Of a DNA stretch of 64,000 bases, positions 1 through 13,106 are shown piece after piece. The DNA comes from Utricularia gibba (Eukaryota; Plantae; Magnoliophyta), in contig NEEC01000018.1 of NCBI GenBank assembly GCA_002189035.1, positions 1,674,001 through 1,738,000 of the forward strand. Direction: 5' to 3'. Position numbers and translations under genes: made by a program. The notes beneath the pieces were generated by a model. It was given only the letters and a program-made list of their open reading frames with translations, did not search any database and was not told the DNA's origin. Positions within the stretch are counted from its first letter, which is position 1, and every line of letters begins with the position of its first letter.

Positions 1-102
1 TCAGAACTATGGTATGTGGAAGAGCAAGACCTCCTGGCTCTTGCACTGAATGGCAGAATGAAGATTCGGAAGTTTCCCCTCACCTGTTCTTCCCAGACAT
101 GA
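1..102 (+). CDS. Possible terminal exon of an unidentified gene entering from the left edge
   Basis: Open frame from base 1 (SELWYVEEQDLLALALNGRMKIRKFPLTCSSQT) ending TGA at 100-102, followed by 3'UTR-like sequence. Family not recognised. Confidence 0.3.
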   Translation, partial: SELWYVEEQDLLALALNGRMKIRKFPLTCSSQT

Positions 103-379
103 AATTCCATACAATCTGTGTACTGGGTTCAAAGAGTCAACAAGTAGGCACGCCACTGCTAGTAGCCTAGTTGTAACAATCACGCATTCAGTATAATAAT
201 GTTACGTCATTTGTAGAAGTCCAACTGCCTGACTAGCAAGAACACTCATTTAAACGCTCCTGCTCTAGAATCATTGGGCAACATTTTTTGAAATAGTTTC
301 ACATCATTCAAAGAAGGCACAGCATTATGAACTTCAGCATATGAAACTTTGTACAGTACCTATTATTTATAATTATGAT

Positions 380-832
380 TCATAACAACCGAGCGAGCAG
401 AGGGGAGGCTGGCCGAGGAGGAAGCTGGGATGGAGTCAATGGCAGGAAGCGCATTGGAACACGCCACCCAATACAGTTGACAAGCAGAACACATCCATCC
501 AGTGGGTTGGGTTGCCCCGACCCTACAATACAACTGTATAAATGTGAACGCGCCAGCCTATGTACCCATTTTTCTCAGAAAACTGGAGTCCACTAAAAAA
601 ACAAGACTTACAAGAGCGATAGATTTGTCCCGTTCCCAAAACATGGGCCACGTTGCCGTCGCCGACTGCCAGTAGTATTATAAGGTTTTCACGTGCAATG
701 ATGTCGGTCCGCTCGCGTTAGGTTAGAAAGTATACAAACATTAAGAGTATAAAAATCAGTTAGTAGAATTTGGAACTAACAGGAGGCAGTCAGAAGAGGA
801 ACCGGGTCACGAGGTTGGGTAGTAGCAGTCAT
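380..832 (-). CDS. Candidate small spliced ORF (82 aa, 3 coding exons plus 1 upstream exon), unknown product; could instead be a lncRNA or pseudogene
   Basis: Minus-strand introns: 953-844 (GTAAGT..TTTCAG), 780-666 (GTTAGT..GGCAG), 611-523 (GTAAGT..TTGTAG). Splicing gives one uninterrupted frame: ATG at 832, MTATTQPRDPVPLLTASFGDGNVAHVLGTGQIYRSWSGQPNPLDGCVLLVNCIGWRVPMRFLPLTPSQLPPRPASPLLARLL, TGA at 382-380. Confidence 0.35.
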
Positions 833-1128
833 TCCCAAGCAATCTGAAAGGCAGATTGTGGTTAAAATGAAAGAAACCGCACAACGCCCTTTCCATTACG
901 CTCCTTGTGGCGTAGTGTGAAAAAGGAAAGCGAAAAACAAAGATATCACTTACGTTTAGAACTTGAATTTTCGTGAGTGATAGGACAGGGGTAGGGACAC
1001 ACACCATATTTGTTTATTGTCGATGAGTGAAGCTAGGAAGTAGTATATTAATGGGAGCCAAGGCATTCAAGCCGAATACAGTTATACCAGCCAGAGTTGG
1101 CTCATCCTCCAGGATTCCTGCTGCAACC

Positions 1129-3128
1129 ATGGAGAAGAAGGAGATCAACAGCGCAAAGAAAGAGCCGAACTACAGAGGAATCAAAGCCATGCCTTACGTT
1201 ATGGGTAAGTTTCGAAGAATCATTTTGCAGCTCCGGGAACAAGAAATGAGGATTTGATTTACCTGGGTTGTGTTTTTCTGTTCAGGGAATGAGACTTTTG
1301 AGAAGCTCGGGACAATTGGGACTTCCACAAATCTGTTGATATACCTTACCACAGTCTTCAACTTCAAGTCTATTACTGCAACTAACCTTGTCAATATCTT
1401 CAATGGAACCTGCAACTTTGGAACCTTGCTTGGTGCCTTCCTCTCTGATACTTATCTGGGTCGTTATAAGACTCTGGGTATCGCTTCAGTCTCTTCTTTC
1501 CTGGTAAGGAAACAAAGACTCTTAACTCAAACAGCAACTCGGTGGTTAGAGAAGTGAAAACCAACTCTTTTGTTACTCTGGAATTCAGGGGATGGTAGTG
1601 CTAACACTGACAGCGGTGTTCCCAAGTCTGCGTCCTCCTCCTTGTGGACTCAGCAACAACGTTGCATGCATCAGCCCTTCAGCTGGGCAGCTCACATTTC
1701 TGTTCACTGCATTCGTATTTCTTGTGATCGGTGCAAGCGGGATTCGACCATGTAATCTCGCATTTGGTGCAGATCAGTTCAATCCCAATACCGAAGAGGG
1801 AAAGCGAGGTACAAGCAGCTTCTTCAATTGGTACTACTTAACGTTCACCTTCGCCATGATGCTGTCATTGACGGTGATCGTGTACGTGCAATCTGATGTA
1901 AGCTGGGCTATAGGATTGGGAATTCCTGCCTTCTTAATGTTCCTATCCTGTTTGTTGTTCTTCCTCGGAACCAAGATTTATGTCATAGTTTTGCCTGAGG
2001 GGAGTCCCTTAACCAGCATGGTTCAAACACTAGTTGTTGCCTTCAAGAAGAGGAAGTTGGTGCTACCTGAAGAGCCAGAGACTTCATTGTTTAGACACTT
2101 CTCTCCTGATTCTATCAACACCAAGCTTCATTACACTCGTCAGCTAAGGTTAGCCAAACCCGATAATGCTTCTAATCCATAGAATCTCGCCGTTAGTGAA
2201 ATTGACGTTACCAGGCAGCAGAACTTACTGTTCTATTACCAGGTGGCTGAACAAAGCTGCAATTGTAACACCAGAAGACAAAATCGCAGATGATGGATCA
2301 GCAGTTGAGCCATGGAATCTCCGAAGTCTGCAGCAAGTGGAAGAGATAAAATGTGTGCTGAGATTGATCCCGATATGGGTCGCCTGCGTTGTCTACAACC
2401 TCATTTTAGCGCAAACACAGACTTACTTCGTATTCCAGGCGGTCCAATCCGACAGGCGCTTCGGTAGAATCAAGATACCCGCAGCTACCTACAGCATCTT
2501 CACGATGATCAGCCTAACGATATGGATCCCGATCTACGATCGATTGCTCGTCCCGTTTCTCCGTAGATTCACCGGGAAAAAAGAAGGAATCACATTTTTG
2601 CAGAGAATCGGCGTAGGCCTCGTACTAGGAATCGTGACAATGGTAATCGCAGGGGCGGTAGAAACTCATCGAAGAACACTAGCACTGACTCAACCGACAT
2701 TGGGAGAAGTACCTCACAAAGGGGCGATCTCATCCATGTCCGGCAGCTGGCTGATTCCGCCACTTGCTGTTGCTGGAATATCGGAGGCGTTCGCCATCAT
2801 CGGAGAAATGGAACTGTTCTACAATCAATTCCCTGAGAATATGCGGAGCTTCGGCGGATCACTAGCATTCTGTGGATTCGCGTTTGGGAGCTACTTAAAC
2901 ACTGTGTTGATATCGACGGTTCACAGCGCGACGGCGGTAGGGCGGCGGAGCAATTGGTTGGCGGAGGACTTAAACCAAGCTAAATTAGATTACTTTTATT
3001 ATCTGGTGGGCGGTTTGCAGGTGGTAAACTTAGGATACTTCATGGTTTGCGCGTCCAAGTACGTTTACAAGCGACGCGCGGACGACTCGGGTGACGTGTC
3101 CCTGGAGAAGATTCAGTCAGGGGTTTAA
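1129..3128 (+). CDS. NPF2: NRT1/PTR family (NPF2 subfamily, NPF2.9-2.11/GTR-like) proton-coupled transporter, 4 exons
   Basis: Exons 1129-1204, 1286-1503, 1589-2148, 2243-3128, all GT-AG. Motifs [19 protein letters not shown] (ExxEK), [33 protein letters not shown] and DYFYYL. Confidence 0.93.
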
Positions 3129-4919
3129 AGTTCCACACAAAAAAATTTGTAAAATAATTTACGATTTTAATTCTTAAAAAGGTAATTCAAATATTTTTAC
3201 AAAATATCTAATTACTATAAATATAATTCTACACAATTCATGGGTGGTAATTAAAGAAATCATCGAAATAATAATATTTTTAAATATTTTTTTAAAAAAA
3301 TTTTATAAATAAATTTAAAATAGATAAAATGAATTATTAAAATATAAAAATATTAATATGTGATTTGCTCAACTATTGTGTAGTAAATCTAGATAGATAA
3401 AATTAATGTTGCGAGTTTTAAAAGTATTATTTTAAAATATTAATATTCAATAATAATTATAAACATATCCCGTTTGTTGGGATGATTGAATCAATCACAT
3501 GTCAAGATTTATGGTTCAAATAGTTCAAATTATAATAGAATTGTTTGTTTTTTAAAAACATTAAAGCGTGATCAAATCATGATTATTTTTTTAAAAAATA
3601 TTATATCGTGATTGAATCATGATTGGTCCATATTTAATTTTTATATATATTAAAAACATTTGAATTTAATTCAAGTATTATCTTAAATGGTTTTTAATTC
3701 AATACACTTCAAAAAAAAGTTGAATCACAATTTTTAAAATATTGATTTTAACTTCTTCAATTGACATTCTTGGGTACAAATTTGGATGAAAGTGGCTTGA
3801 TACTGATATAAAATAGAATCTTCTTTCTTATATGCTCGAAGTCGATCTTATATCTTTTTTTTTTACATATATTTGAAATTCTATAATGCATGATGGTAAA
3901 AGAAAAACGTTGTAAAAAAAAATAGAATCAAAATTCAATTTAAAAATATTTAAAAAATGAAGTAAATTAATCACATATATTACTAATTTATGAAGTTACT
4001 TCTAATTAAATTCTAAAATTTAAATTTAAAAAATACTTACTTATAACAAAAATATAGTGCTTGAAAGTAAGAGGTCAAACGAGGGTAGTTGACGCCCATC
4101 GTGAGAACGTCTAGCATCTAATAATGGGTAATACGAGGCCAAATGAGCTCGTTACAAGTGGATCTCAAGTTGTTGAGATTTTGGGCTGGGCCAAATATTC
4201 TCAAACTGGCGATGTGGGATGAGGCCAGGCCATGTGTCGATTTGTTTGGTTTGGAATTTAGAAATATTAATTTCCATGAAAAATGCATGCGGATCTGGGT
4301 AAAGTGGGAGGGAGATTCAAAGCCAATGGGATAAGGAGCGAATATTACTTGGGGATGTCACACTTGGCCCCCTCTTGCTATTATAATATATACTTTTTAT
4401 TTCCCTCCTAAAAGGGCAAATTACCCAAAATATTTTAATACTAATACGATTTCTTTTTTATAAAAGTCAAAAATGTGTTCATCTTAATTTTTAATTTTTT
4501 AAAAGTATTTATCAAGAAATGTTTTTGTTGAAAAGCCGTCTTAATTAATTATGAAAAGCTATATTTATTATTTATAGTTTATATTGAAATGGAAAAAAAT
4601 GGGATATTACAACGAGATTTGACATAATTAAATATATAAAAATGGAATATTATTATCGCATTTATTTGTCGTCATTCCTTCACACACCCACCGGAGTCTG
4701 CCAAACCCTCTCGGCCCTCTCCGCTCGTCTCCCACCAACCCTTCTACTTTTTTTTTTTGTTTCTCAAGGATTTCTGGGTAAGCGTTTTGGTTTTCCATAT
4801 CCCGCGCTTGTTTTCGATTTGGAGTGTCTGCATTTCTGGTTTTGTATCTGTGTGTTAGATTCCCCTGGGAGATTTTTGATTCATGTGCGCGGGGATAAGT
4901 AGAGAGGGAGAAATTTTGT

Positions 4920-7900
4920 ATGGGGCATAAGAACAGGAAGGTTGCTCCACGGCCCAAGCTCTCAAATCCCTCATCTGGGTCGGGTGCCGAGGAATATGTC
5001 GTTGCTGACGGTGGCTTTGTGAAAAATGACGATTTGTTGAACCCTTTAGTGGAAAGTGTTGCTGATGTTGAGGTTGCGGATTCTGATACTAATAGCAGGA
5101 GTGAGGCTGATGGTTCTTCGTCGTATGGTTTAGTGAAAGTGGAATGTGAGCGTGCCCTCACAGCGCTGCGGAAGGGAAACCACACGAAAGCGTTGAGGTT
5201 GATGAAGGACTTGTGTTCGAAGCATGAGAACTCATCGCATTTGTCCTTGATATATCGGGTCCAAGGGACGGTTTCTGCGAAAGTTGCTTCGATGATTGAT
5301 GATCAGAAGGTTAAACAGCGGCACTTGAAAAATGCAATAGAGAGTGCTAGTAGGGCAGTGAGTTTGTCCCCGAACTCCATTGAGTTTTCACATTTTTATG
5401 CTAATTTGCTGTATGAGGCTGCCAATGACCGCAAGGAATATGAGGAGGTCGTGAGGCAGTGTGAGAGGGCTTTGATGATTGAAAAGCCAGTTGATCCTGC
5501 TAAGGAAAGCTTGCAAGATGAGAACCAGCAGAAATTTCCAACAGCAGAGGCTCGAATCACGCATGTTCAGAACGAACTCAGGTCACTGGTTCAGAAATCA
5601 AACATTGCGCCCATATCAACCTGGTTGAAGAATCTGGGAAATGGCGAGCAGAAGCTTCAGTTGATCCCAATTAGGAGGGTTCCTGAAGATGTGATGGAGC
5701 TGAGGCTGATTCCAGCAAGGAGGCCTAATGAGATAAAAAAGGTTACAAAAACTCCTGAGGAACGTAGAAAGGAGATCGAGGTTAAGGTAGCTGCTGCACG
5801 ACTTATGCAGCAGACATCAGAGTCACCTCAATTGAGTAGTGATGGGGATAGTACTGGTAGTCATGGCAAAGGGGGTAATTCCTCACTTGGCCTATCTCAG
5901 AAAGCTGTGGAAAGGAGGAAAAGTGCTAATATGAGGAGAACTGGGTCTTCGGATGAAATGAAGGTTTGGGTGCGATCATATTGGAACTCTATGACCACAA
6001 GTGGAAAGAAGGATTTTTTGAGGATTAGTATTTCGGATCTAAAGACACATTTAAGTTCATCAAAGGATGCATCATATATGAAGGTCATCACTGAGGCTTT
6101 ATCTTTTGGGCAAAAAAATAAACAGTGGAAGCCCTGGTTCTGCTTCTCCTGTGATATAAAATTTGCAGATGCTGGTTCTTTCACTCAACATGCCCTCCAG
6201 GAGCATATGAGCAGCGTGTTGCCCAAGATGCAGTCACTTCTTCCACAAAAAGTGGAGAGTGAATGGGCAGAAATGTTATTCAACTACACTTGGAAGCCAT
6301 TGGATTTGAGGGCTGCAGTTAGGATGTGTAAGAAACATCAAAAATCTAGTGCAGTAGATTTTCTTGAATCATTCGATGATTCAAAAGAAAATTCTCTTGA
6401 TACCTATGGTGAAGAATATGAGCAGCATTCGTCTCCCATGAACGAAAATTGTGTTGTTGATTTTGACTGCATCCCCTTGAAGAGCAACGAGTTTAAAGTT
6501 GTTGAGTGGATGGGCTGTGATGGAGATCAGAAAAAATTGCTTTTTGAGGACTGGCCATTGTCAAAGGACATGGAATGTTCGAAGCTCCTTGAGAAGATCC
6601 AAGCCATTTTTCGGGATCTTGTTTCTAACAGTTGTTTAGCTTCAAGTCATCTCAGCAAGGTTTTGCACTTTGCTGTGGAAGAACTTCAAAGAGTTACATG
6701 TATCTCTGAAATATTCAAGTCCAAGGTGAAAAAAACACCTTTATGCATCTGCCTTTTGGGTGCCCCAGAGCTTGATAAGATTCTAACCTTTTTACAAGAA
6801 ATTTCTCATGCTTGCGGGATTAGTCGGTATCCTGACAAAGGCAGTGCTGGAGGTGATCATATGGCACAAGGTGTTGAAACAATGGATAAATTTTCTTTCG
6901 GCCATGATGGTTTGCAGTTGATCCTTGATGATGATTACATTCAACTTCAGGCGTCTTGTCTCTCTGGTGATGAAAGCTTAAATATTTCTTGTGCATCTGC
7001 ATCCTTCCACACAAAGCATGAGAATGGTGGTGTGCCTGAGTCTGATCCTTTGTTGTCCTGGATATTCAAGGGTCCCTCAAGTGCAGAGCAATTTGCATCT
7101 TGGATGAACATGAGAGACGAGAAAGCTCATCAAGACCAGGAAATTCTGCAGTCACTTGACAAGGAGTCATACCATCTTCAGGGCTTATATGACCGGAAAT
7201 GTCAACATGTAAATTATCAGGAAGCATTGCAGATTGTGGAGGATCTCTGCTTGGAAGAGGGGCAGAAGAGGGACCATACCCCAGATATGAGGAATCAGAG
7301 TTATGAAATTCTTAGGAAACGACGAGAAGAGCTTACTAAAAATCCAAATGAAATCAATAGTGGTGGCAATCGATTTCAATTGGATGCTATAACAAATGTT
7401 CTGAAGAATGCAGAACCCCTGAATGTCAGCCATTTGGGTTTTGAGGAAGGTGATGGTAGCATGAATCCTCAACTTTGTGATCATTTGCGTCAGGTGGACA
7501 CTTGTGTAGAAGATGCAATTCAGAAACAAAAGGAACAAGTTTCTCTAGAGGTAAGATAACTTGGTTCTACTGTGGATTTGCTTTTTTAAATGTTCATATT
7601 GAATGCTTTGTCATGCCAAGGGAGTCTCCTGTTTAACCAGATAAGTAAGATCGATGCTAGAATCTTGCGAATACTCGCTGAGATGCATAAATTGGAAGCT
7701 AAGCTTGAGTCTACGTCCTCTCTTGATTTGGAATCCATGTTGATCCCTCTTGTGAAGTCATTTTTACGGGTAAGTGAATTTCATCTTAATCGTCAAAGGA
7801 TCCTTGTTTTCCATTTTAACACCAGCAGGTGACTCAAAACTCGATCATTCCACATATTTTAGGCACACCTAGAGGATTTGGCTGAAAAAGATGCCAGGGA

Positions 7901-10900
7901 AAAATCTGATGCTGCTAGGGAGGCATTTTTGGCTGAACTAGCTATGGATTCAAAAAAGGGAAATGGTGTGATGGCTGACAGTTCAAAACACGCTCATGAA
8001 AGAACAACGACAGATAAGAAGAAACACAAGGAAAGTAAAAGAAACAAGGATGTAAAGGTCTGAAACCTTTTTTTAAGAAACAAATTGGGAGATTGTAATG
8101 GCCTTTTAATGATTCTTCCACTGTTTCAGCAGGTCAAGCATCATGATGAGTCAATCTATCAGAGTACTGAAACGATGTATTCTCTTCTCATAATAGAATT
8201 CTTTAAGCATGAACTTTAGTTTCTGTAGACACAACTTCAAAACTTGTGCCTTTGAGATTTGCTATTAATTATGTTGTCTTTCTTACCTCTTAGTGTGCTT
8301 GAAGAAGATGCGCAAGGTCCTGAAACTGCTGCTTCTAGGAGTGATGATTGCTTATTGCTAAGGGAAGAGGAAAAGTGTAAAATTGAGCTCGAAGCTGAGG
8401 AAAGAAAGTTAGAAGAAACTCTAGAATACCAAAGAAGAATGGAAAATGAAGCGAAGCAGAAACATTTAGCTGAGCAACATAAAAGATCTTCAAAAATGGC
8501 TTTGGTGAGTGCAAAAATGTATGGAAGTTATGATGATCATTTGAGTCATGGTGATGAAGATAAATACTCCCATGGCCAATGCAGTAAAGCTGGGGTAAGT
8601 CCAGAATTTTTGTTTTTTCCAAATCTCATTGTCATCTGCTATCTTGAGGAATGGCTTTGAACATCAGAAATGTTTTTTTTTTTTGATGTTGAGAAATGAT
8701 CAATAAACACAGCAAAATGATTAAGCTCTTTGAATCATTGAGTGCAGTATGACGAATGCAATTACAATTCAGAGTTTTTGTCCAAGGAAGTTATGAATAC
8801 TGCACCGACTGCTGGTACCAGCTATGTTTTACAATGTGAAGCATCGGGTATCAAAATGAGGAGACTTAATTTTGTGTCCATTGTTCTCATACTCAACAGT
8901 GGATGTTTTGAAAGAAGGGGACTCATTTCCAGGAAGAATTTCTGGGACAAAAGGAAGGCAGCAAAAGAGTCAAACCAAATCAAATGATGGAAAGTATCAA
9001 CCTTCAGCACCACTAATGGAAAATGGTGATGGTGATCAACCTGTACATGGGCGCAATCCCTCTGGTAATGCTTGTATGGACTAAGAAAACTGAAAAATAG
9101 ATGTAAAGCTGACATTGACAGCTAATCTAATCATTTGGTCTTAACTCACCTCTCTTTAGACACTCCTGACATTTTCTCGGGGCAAGAACTAACCGGTTCT
9201 CGTAAATTTGTACTTTGATGTTAGCTCATATGTCATTTATAGCAGTTTCCCACATGTTCACGAGACACAACACTGTAGCTTACTTTGTGGATTAGGCTGT
9301 ACTTTTAACCATGAATATATATCAATGCAGATAATGGAAGAAATGCCCTTGGAGAGCTTCAGGTTGAAGAGGATGATGAAGAGAGGTTTCAAGCTGATAT
9401 GAAGAGAGCTTTGAGCCAAAGTCTAGGTGCGCACACTCTGCTTTTTCTCGTAACACTGCTCATGTGATCTTGTAGCCACTTGTTCTAGCCGTCATCTCCA
9501 TTTCAGATGTTTTTGCTTCAGTTAATGGCTGATTGGGTGCTGTAATTAACCCTTCTTGTTGCTTGTTATAAAATGCATACTTGTTTTTCCTAAGTTGTCG
9601 TAGCAGTCAGAGTGATGCAGTGCATGAACTGAGTTCATTTTAGGTAGCTTGATGATGTTATCAAAAAATTTCTGTCCAACAATGGCTGACTACTACTATC
9701 CGAGTTTTCTGATACTTCAAATGAATTGTAAATTGGTGTTATTTTTTAAATCTGAGAAGGCAATCTGTAGTGTCTTCCTTTACCAATTTTCTTTAGTAGT
9801 TGATATTTTTTTCTTGTGCTTCCTAGATACGTTCCATTCACGAAGGCAGATGCATATGATCTCAAGTTCGCCCATGCCATTTGAGGATAATCCAGAAGCT
9901 GGGGACTTGTTAACTCCCCCTAATAATGCTATGAGCGAGGCTGTTGCAGATGATGCATATGGGACAGGATTAAAAAATGAAGTTGGTGAATACAATTGTT
10001 TCCTGAATGTCATAATCCAGGTGGATGTTTCCATTTGATTCACCATTGACTTGCTGATGCCTTGATCATTTAGTATCTGTTTCCAAAGTAGGATGCTGCT
10101 TGGGACTTTCCATTCCCTATGATTAACTCGAGTCTATTTTCCCCTTATCTTCCCATCAGTCCTTGTGGCACTTAAGGCGGTTCCGAGATGAATTTCTTAG
10201 GAGGTCATTGTCAAAACACATCCACGTTGGTGATCCTTGTGTTACATGTGCATTATATGAAATCTTCATTGCTCTGAGCATGACATCAAAGGAAAACAGA
10301 AAAGAAGCTGTTTCCTCTACTTCCTTGAGAGTTTCTCTGAGCAACTTGTATCCTGATAGCAGTTTCTTCCAGGAGGTAAGTTTTAATGGTACTGCAGTCT
10401 TGTATTCTTTTTACTTGTTGCTGTGTTTTTTCTATATTCTTGCACGTGCTTGATTCATAGCATCCACGCTAACTCCCGGAGAGTAACCCTGCAGGGTCAG
10501 ATGAATGATGCCTCGGAAGTCTTGGCTGTAATATTTAACTGTCTCCATCAATCTTTTGCTGCTGCAGCAGTTGTGTCTGATATGGAATCAGTAGACAGCA
10601 GCTACACGGGAACCTGGGACTGTACGGATGTTTCATGTATTGCACATGCAATATTTGGAATGGACATATGCGAGAGGATGAACTGCCATAACTGTGGCTT
10701 GGAATCGAGATATCTAAAATATACATCCTTTTTCCATAATATCAATGCTAGTGCTATCAGAACAATGAAGGTACGCGTATATTGAATCAAAGAACTTCAT
10801 TCATGCTAACTGTTTATTTTCGTAAAATCTTCTTATGGGCTCAGCTCTCGTTTTACTACAGAACAATGTTTAAAGTGTTGCATATGCATTTTCTTTTTTT

Positions 10901-11861
10901 TATTCAGGCTATGTTCCCCGAGCACTCTTTTGATGAGCTCTTGAACCTCGTTGAGATGAATCATCAGATAGCATGTGATCCAGACGCTGGTGGCTGTGGA
11001 AAGCTCAACTATATCCACCATATCCTATCTTCTCCACCTCACGTTTTTACAACAGGTTGGTTTAAACCCCCCCCCCCCCCCCAAAAAAAAAAAACACGTG
11101 ATTTCACTCTTTTTCAGCTTGTGAGCTTTAACAATGTTAGTCACTTGCACCATGAGCATGCCCTCTCTATCTTATAGTTAATACGTTTTCTTCTTTCGCG
11201 CTTTCTATCTAGTGTTGGGCTGGCAGAATACATGTGAGAGTGTTGAGGATATAAAGGGCACATTGGCTGCCTTGTGCACAAAGATTGATGTCAGCATTCT
11301 TTATAGGGGACTTGATCCCCACCGTATACACAATCTGGTCTCAGTGGTATGATTCTTTTACGTAGTCAATTACTGCTGCCAACCATGCTCGTCTTGCTTG
11401 TACCTTGGAATTCTTTCTGAAGTTAGATTCTAACCTAGATGTTATGATATCTTATTTTGGATATGGCAATACCGTAACTAGCCAGTTGGTGTCTCGTTTT
11501 TTCTCATTTGAATGTAAAAAGAACTTGTTTTCCTTATGTTCTTGATTGTGTTGCTTCTTCAGCAGAACGATAAAAAAACCCAACTTCGTTTTCAGGTCTG
11601 CTACTACGGCCAGCACTATCACTGCTTTGCTTACAGTCGGGAACATGAACAGTGGATTATGTATGATGACAAAACCGTGAAGGTGCATGGAAATCCTGCT
11701 CTCCTGATCTCTTTCTCACCCATTCTCAATGGATCTGAATAATCCCCCTCCATGTTTCGCCATTCTCCTCACAGGTAATCGGTGGTTGGAATGATGTGCT
11801 TACCATGTGCGAAAAAGGGCGTCTCCAGCCACAAGTTCTCCTCTTCGAAGCTGCAAACTAA
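4920..11861 (+). CDS. Ubiquitin C-terminal hydrolase-related protein (DUF627 + DUF629 + C-terminal USP/peptidase C19 domain), multi-exon with a 2.6-kb first exon
   Basis: ORF 4920-7550 carries the DUF627 motif (NSIEFSHFYANLLYEAAND). Later exons carry the USP Cys box GLKNEVGEYNCFLNVIIQSLW, the His box VCYYGQHYHCFAY and MYDDKTV. Last exon 11775-11861 is VIGGWNDVLTMCEKGRLQPQVLLFEAAN*. Confidence 0.92.
11067..11094. repeat. C16 homopolymer directly followed by A12, intronic
   Basis: Read directly from the sequence, just after the donor at 11056 in the USP gene. Confidence 0.9.
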
Positions 11862-11910
11862 ACTTGATGAGACCTATGAGCACATTCTTCTGGTTGTCAA
11901 TGGCGGCAGC

Positions 11911-12231
11911 CTACTCCCCTGATGCAGAAGGGGGCCTCAGCTCAAATCTTACAAGAGAAACAGGGGTAGCGACGGTGTCAACGAGGCCCCGCTCTCCAAC
12001 CTTTTTGTTTACAGATACGAACGACGACGAGAAGTTGCAGATGGCAATGCCGCCGCCGATGCAGCTGATAGAGCAGAGCCACCGGAGCTTGTGGCGGTTG
12101 TTGATCCATGATGCTTCTTCCGGTGGGGTTGGGGATATCAACTCTCCATGGTTATGTACTGCTTGTATAGGATCATCATGATTATATTCCCCCATTCCTC
12201 CTCCCTCCCGGCGGAGGGAAATTTTTGTCAT
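11911..12231 (-). CDS. Candidate intronless orphan ORF, 106 aa, with one hydrophobic segment
   Basis: ATG-to-TAG ORF within a GC-rich island flanked by an AT-rich spacer upstream. GC3-rich codons in the second half. Hydrophobic stretch LRWLCSISCIGGGIAICNFSSSFVSV. No family recognised. Confidence 0.4.
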   Translation of the reverse strand: MTKISLRREGGGMGEYNHDDPIQAVHNHGELISPTPPEEASWINNRHKLRWLCSISCIGGGIAICNFSSSFVSVNKKVGERGLVDTVATPVSLVRFELRPPSASGE

Positions 12232-12840
12232 TTTGACAGTGAGTGGCTCTTACAGACAAACAACCCCCTTCTTATCCGCAGTCAATGCCTTTGTCTTAAA
12301 ATCATTTTTTATGTCTGAAAAATCGTGTAGGACATGATTATGCGAACTAATTTTGAATATCAATTTTTTTAAAAAATCAAGTATATAATTTAATAAATCA
12401 TGAATTTAAATTTTAAATTTTGTTCTAGTAAAAGTGATTTAAAATTAATCTATTATAAATAGAATTTATTATCAAACATTTACTTTAATTAAAATGTTTT
12501 TCAATATTATTTATCCATTATGATATTGTAAAATAGTTTCAATTATAATATAAATATTGTGAGATCTTACAAAATGTAATTACTTTTTTTATATACATTA
12601 TACTGTTTTGAGATTCATTCAAAATAGATTGCATTGAATCATGAAAAATGATCATTTGATAAAAACTTAAAACTCAAAATATGTTTTTATATTAGTTTTC
12701 AATAGATGGCTCTCATGATAAATACAATAAAAATATTGCAATGTTTTATAAATCATCATAATTCTTACACTTGAAAGATGGTATTAGGTTAGACTTCAGA
12801 GAAAAAAAAATCATGAATTTAGGTTGAATTCAATCGAATT

Positions 12841-12912
12841 TGGGCCGGATCTGTAAGGGGCCGCGAGGGCCTGGTCCGTGTGCAGTGCGTTGGTGGTTTT
12901 GGGCCGAGCCCA
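12841..12912. promoter_or_regulatory. Site II (TCP-binding) element cluster upstream of MOS14
   Basis: TGGGCC at 12841-12846 and 12900-12905, and AGCCCA at 12907-12912, about 200 bp upstream of ATG 13107. Confidence 0.6.
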
Positions 12913-13106
12913 AGTAGACATTTCTTGGGTTGTCAATTAAAGAAAAAAAAGAAAAGAAAAGAAAAGAACGCCAGTAGTTTTTAGATTTTGATGTGAGAGG
13001 AGGGAAGGGAAGTAGCTGTTTCGGCGCTGTACTTTCTCTTCTAGTTTTCTGTGTAATACGAATTTAGATTTAGCTGCGCGCGCTTCGAAGAAGCTGCAGC
13101 TCAAAG

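Noticed and set aside
4210-4220. Perfect snRNA-gene USE (ATCCCACATCG) on the minus strand
   Set aside because: No TATA box at Pol II or Pol III spacing, and no snRNA, 7SL, MRP or telomerase RNA sequence downstream. The motif is also common in Copia LTR remnants.
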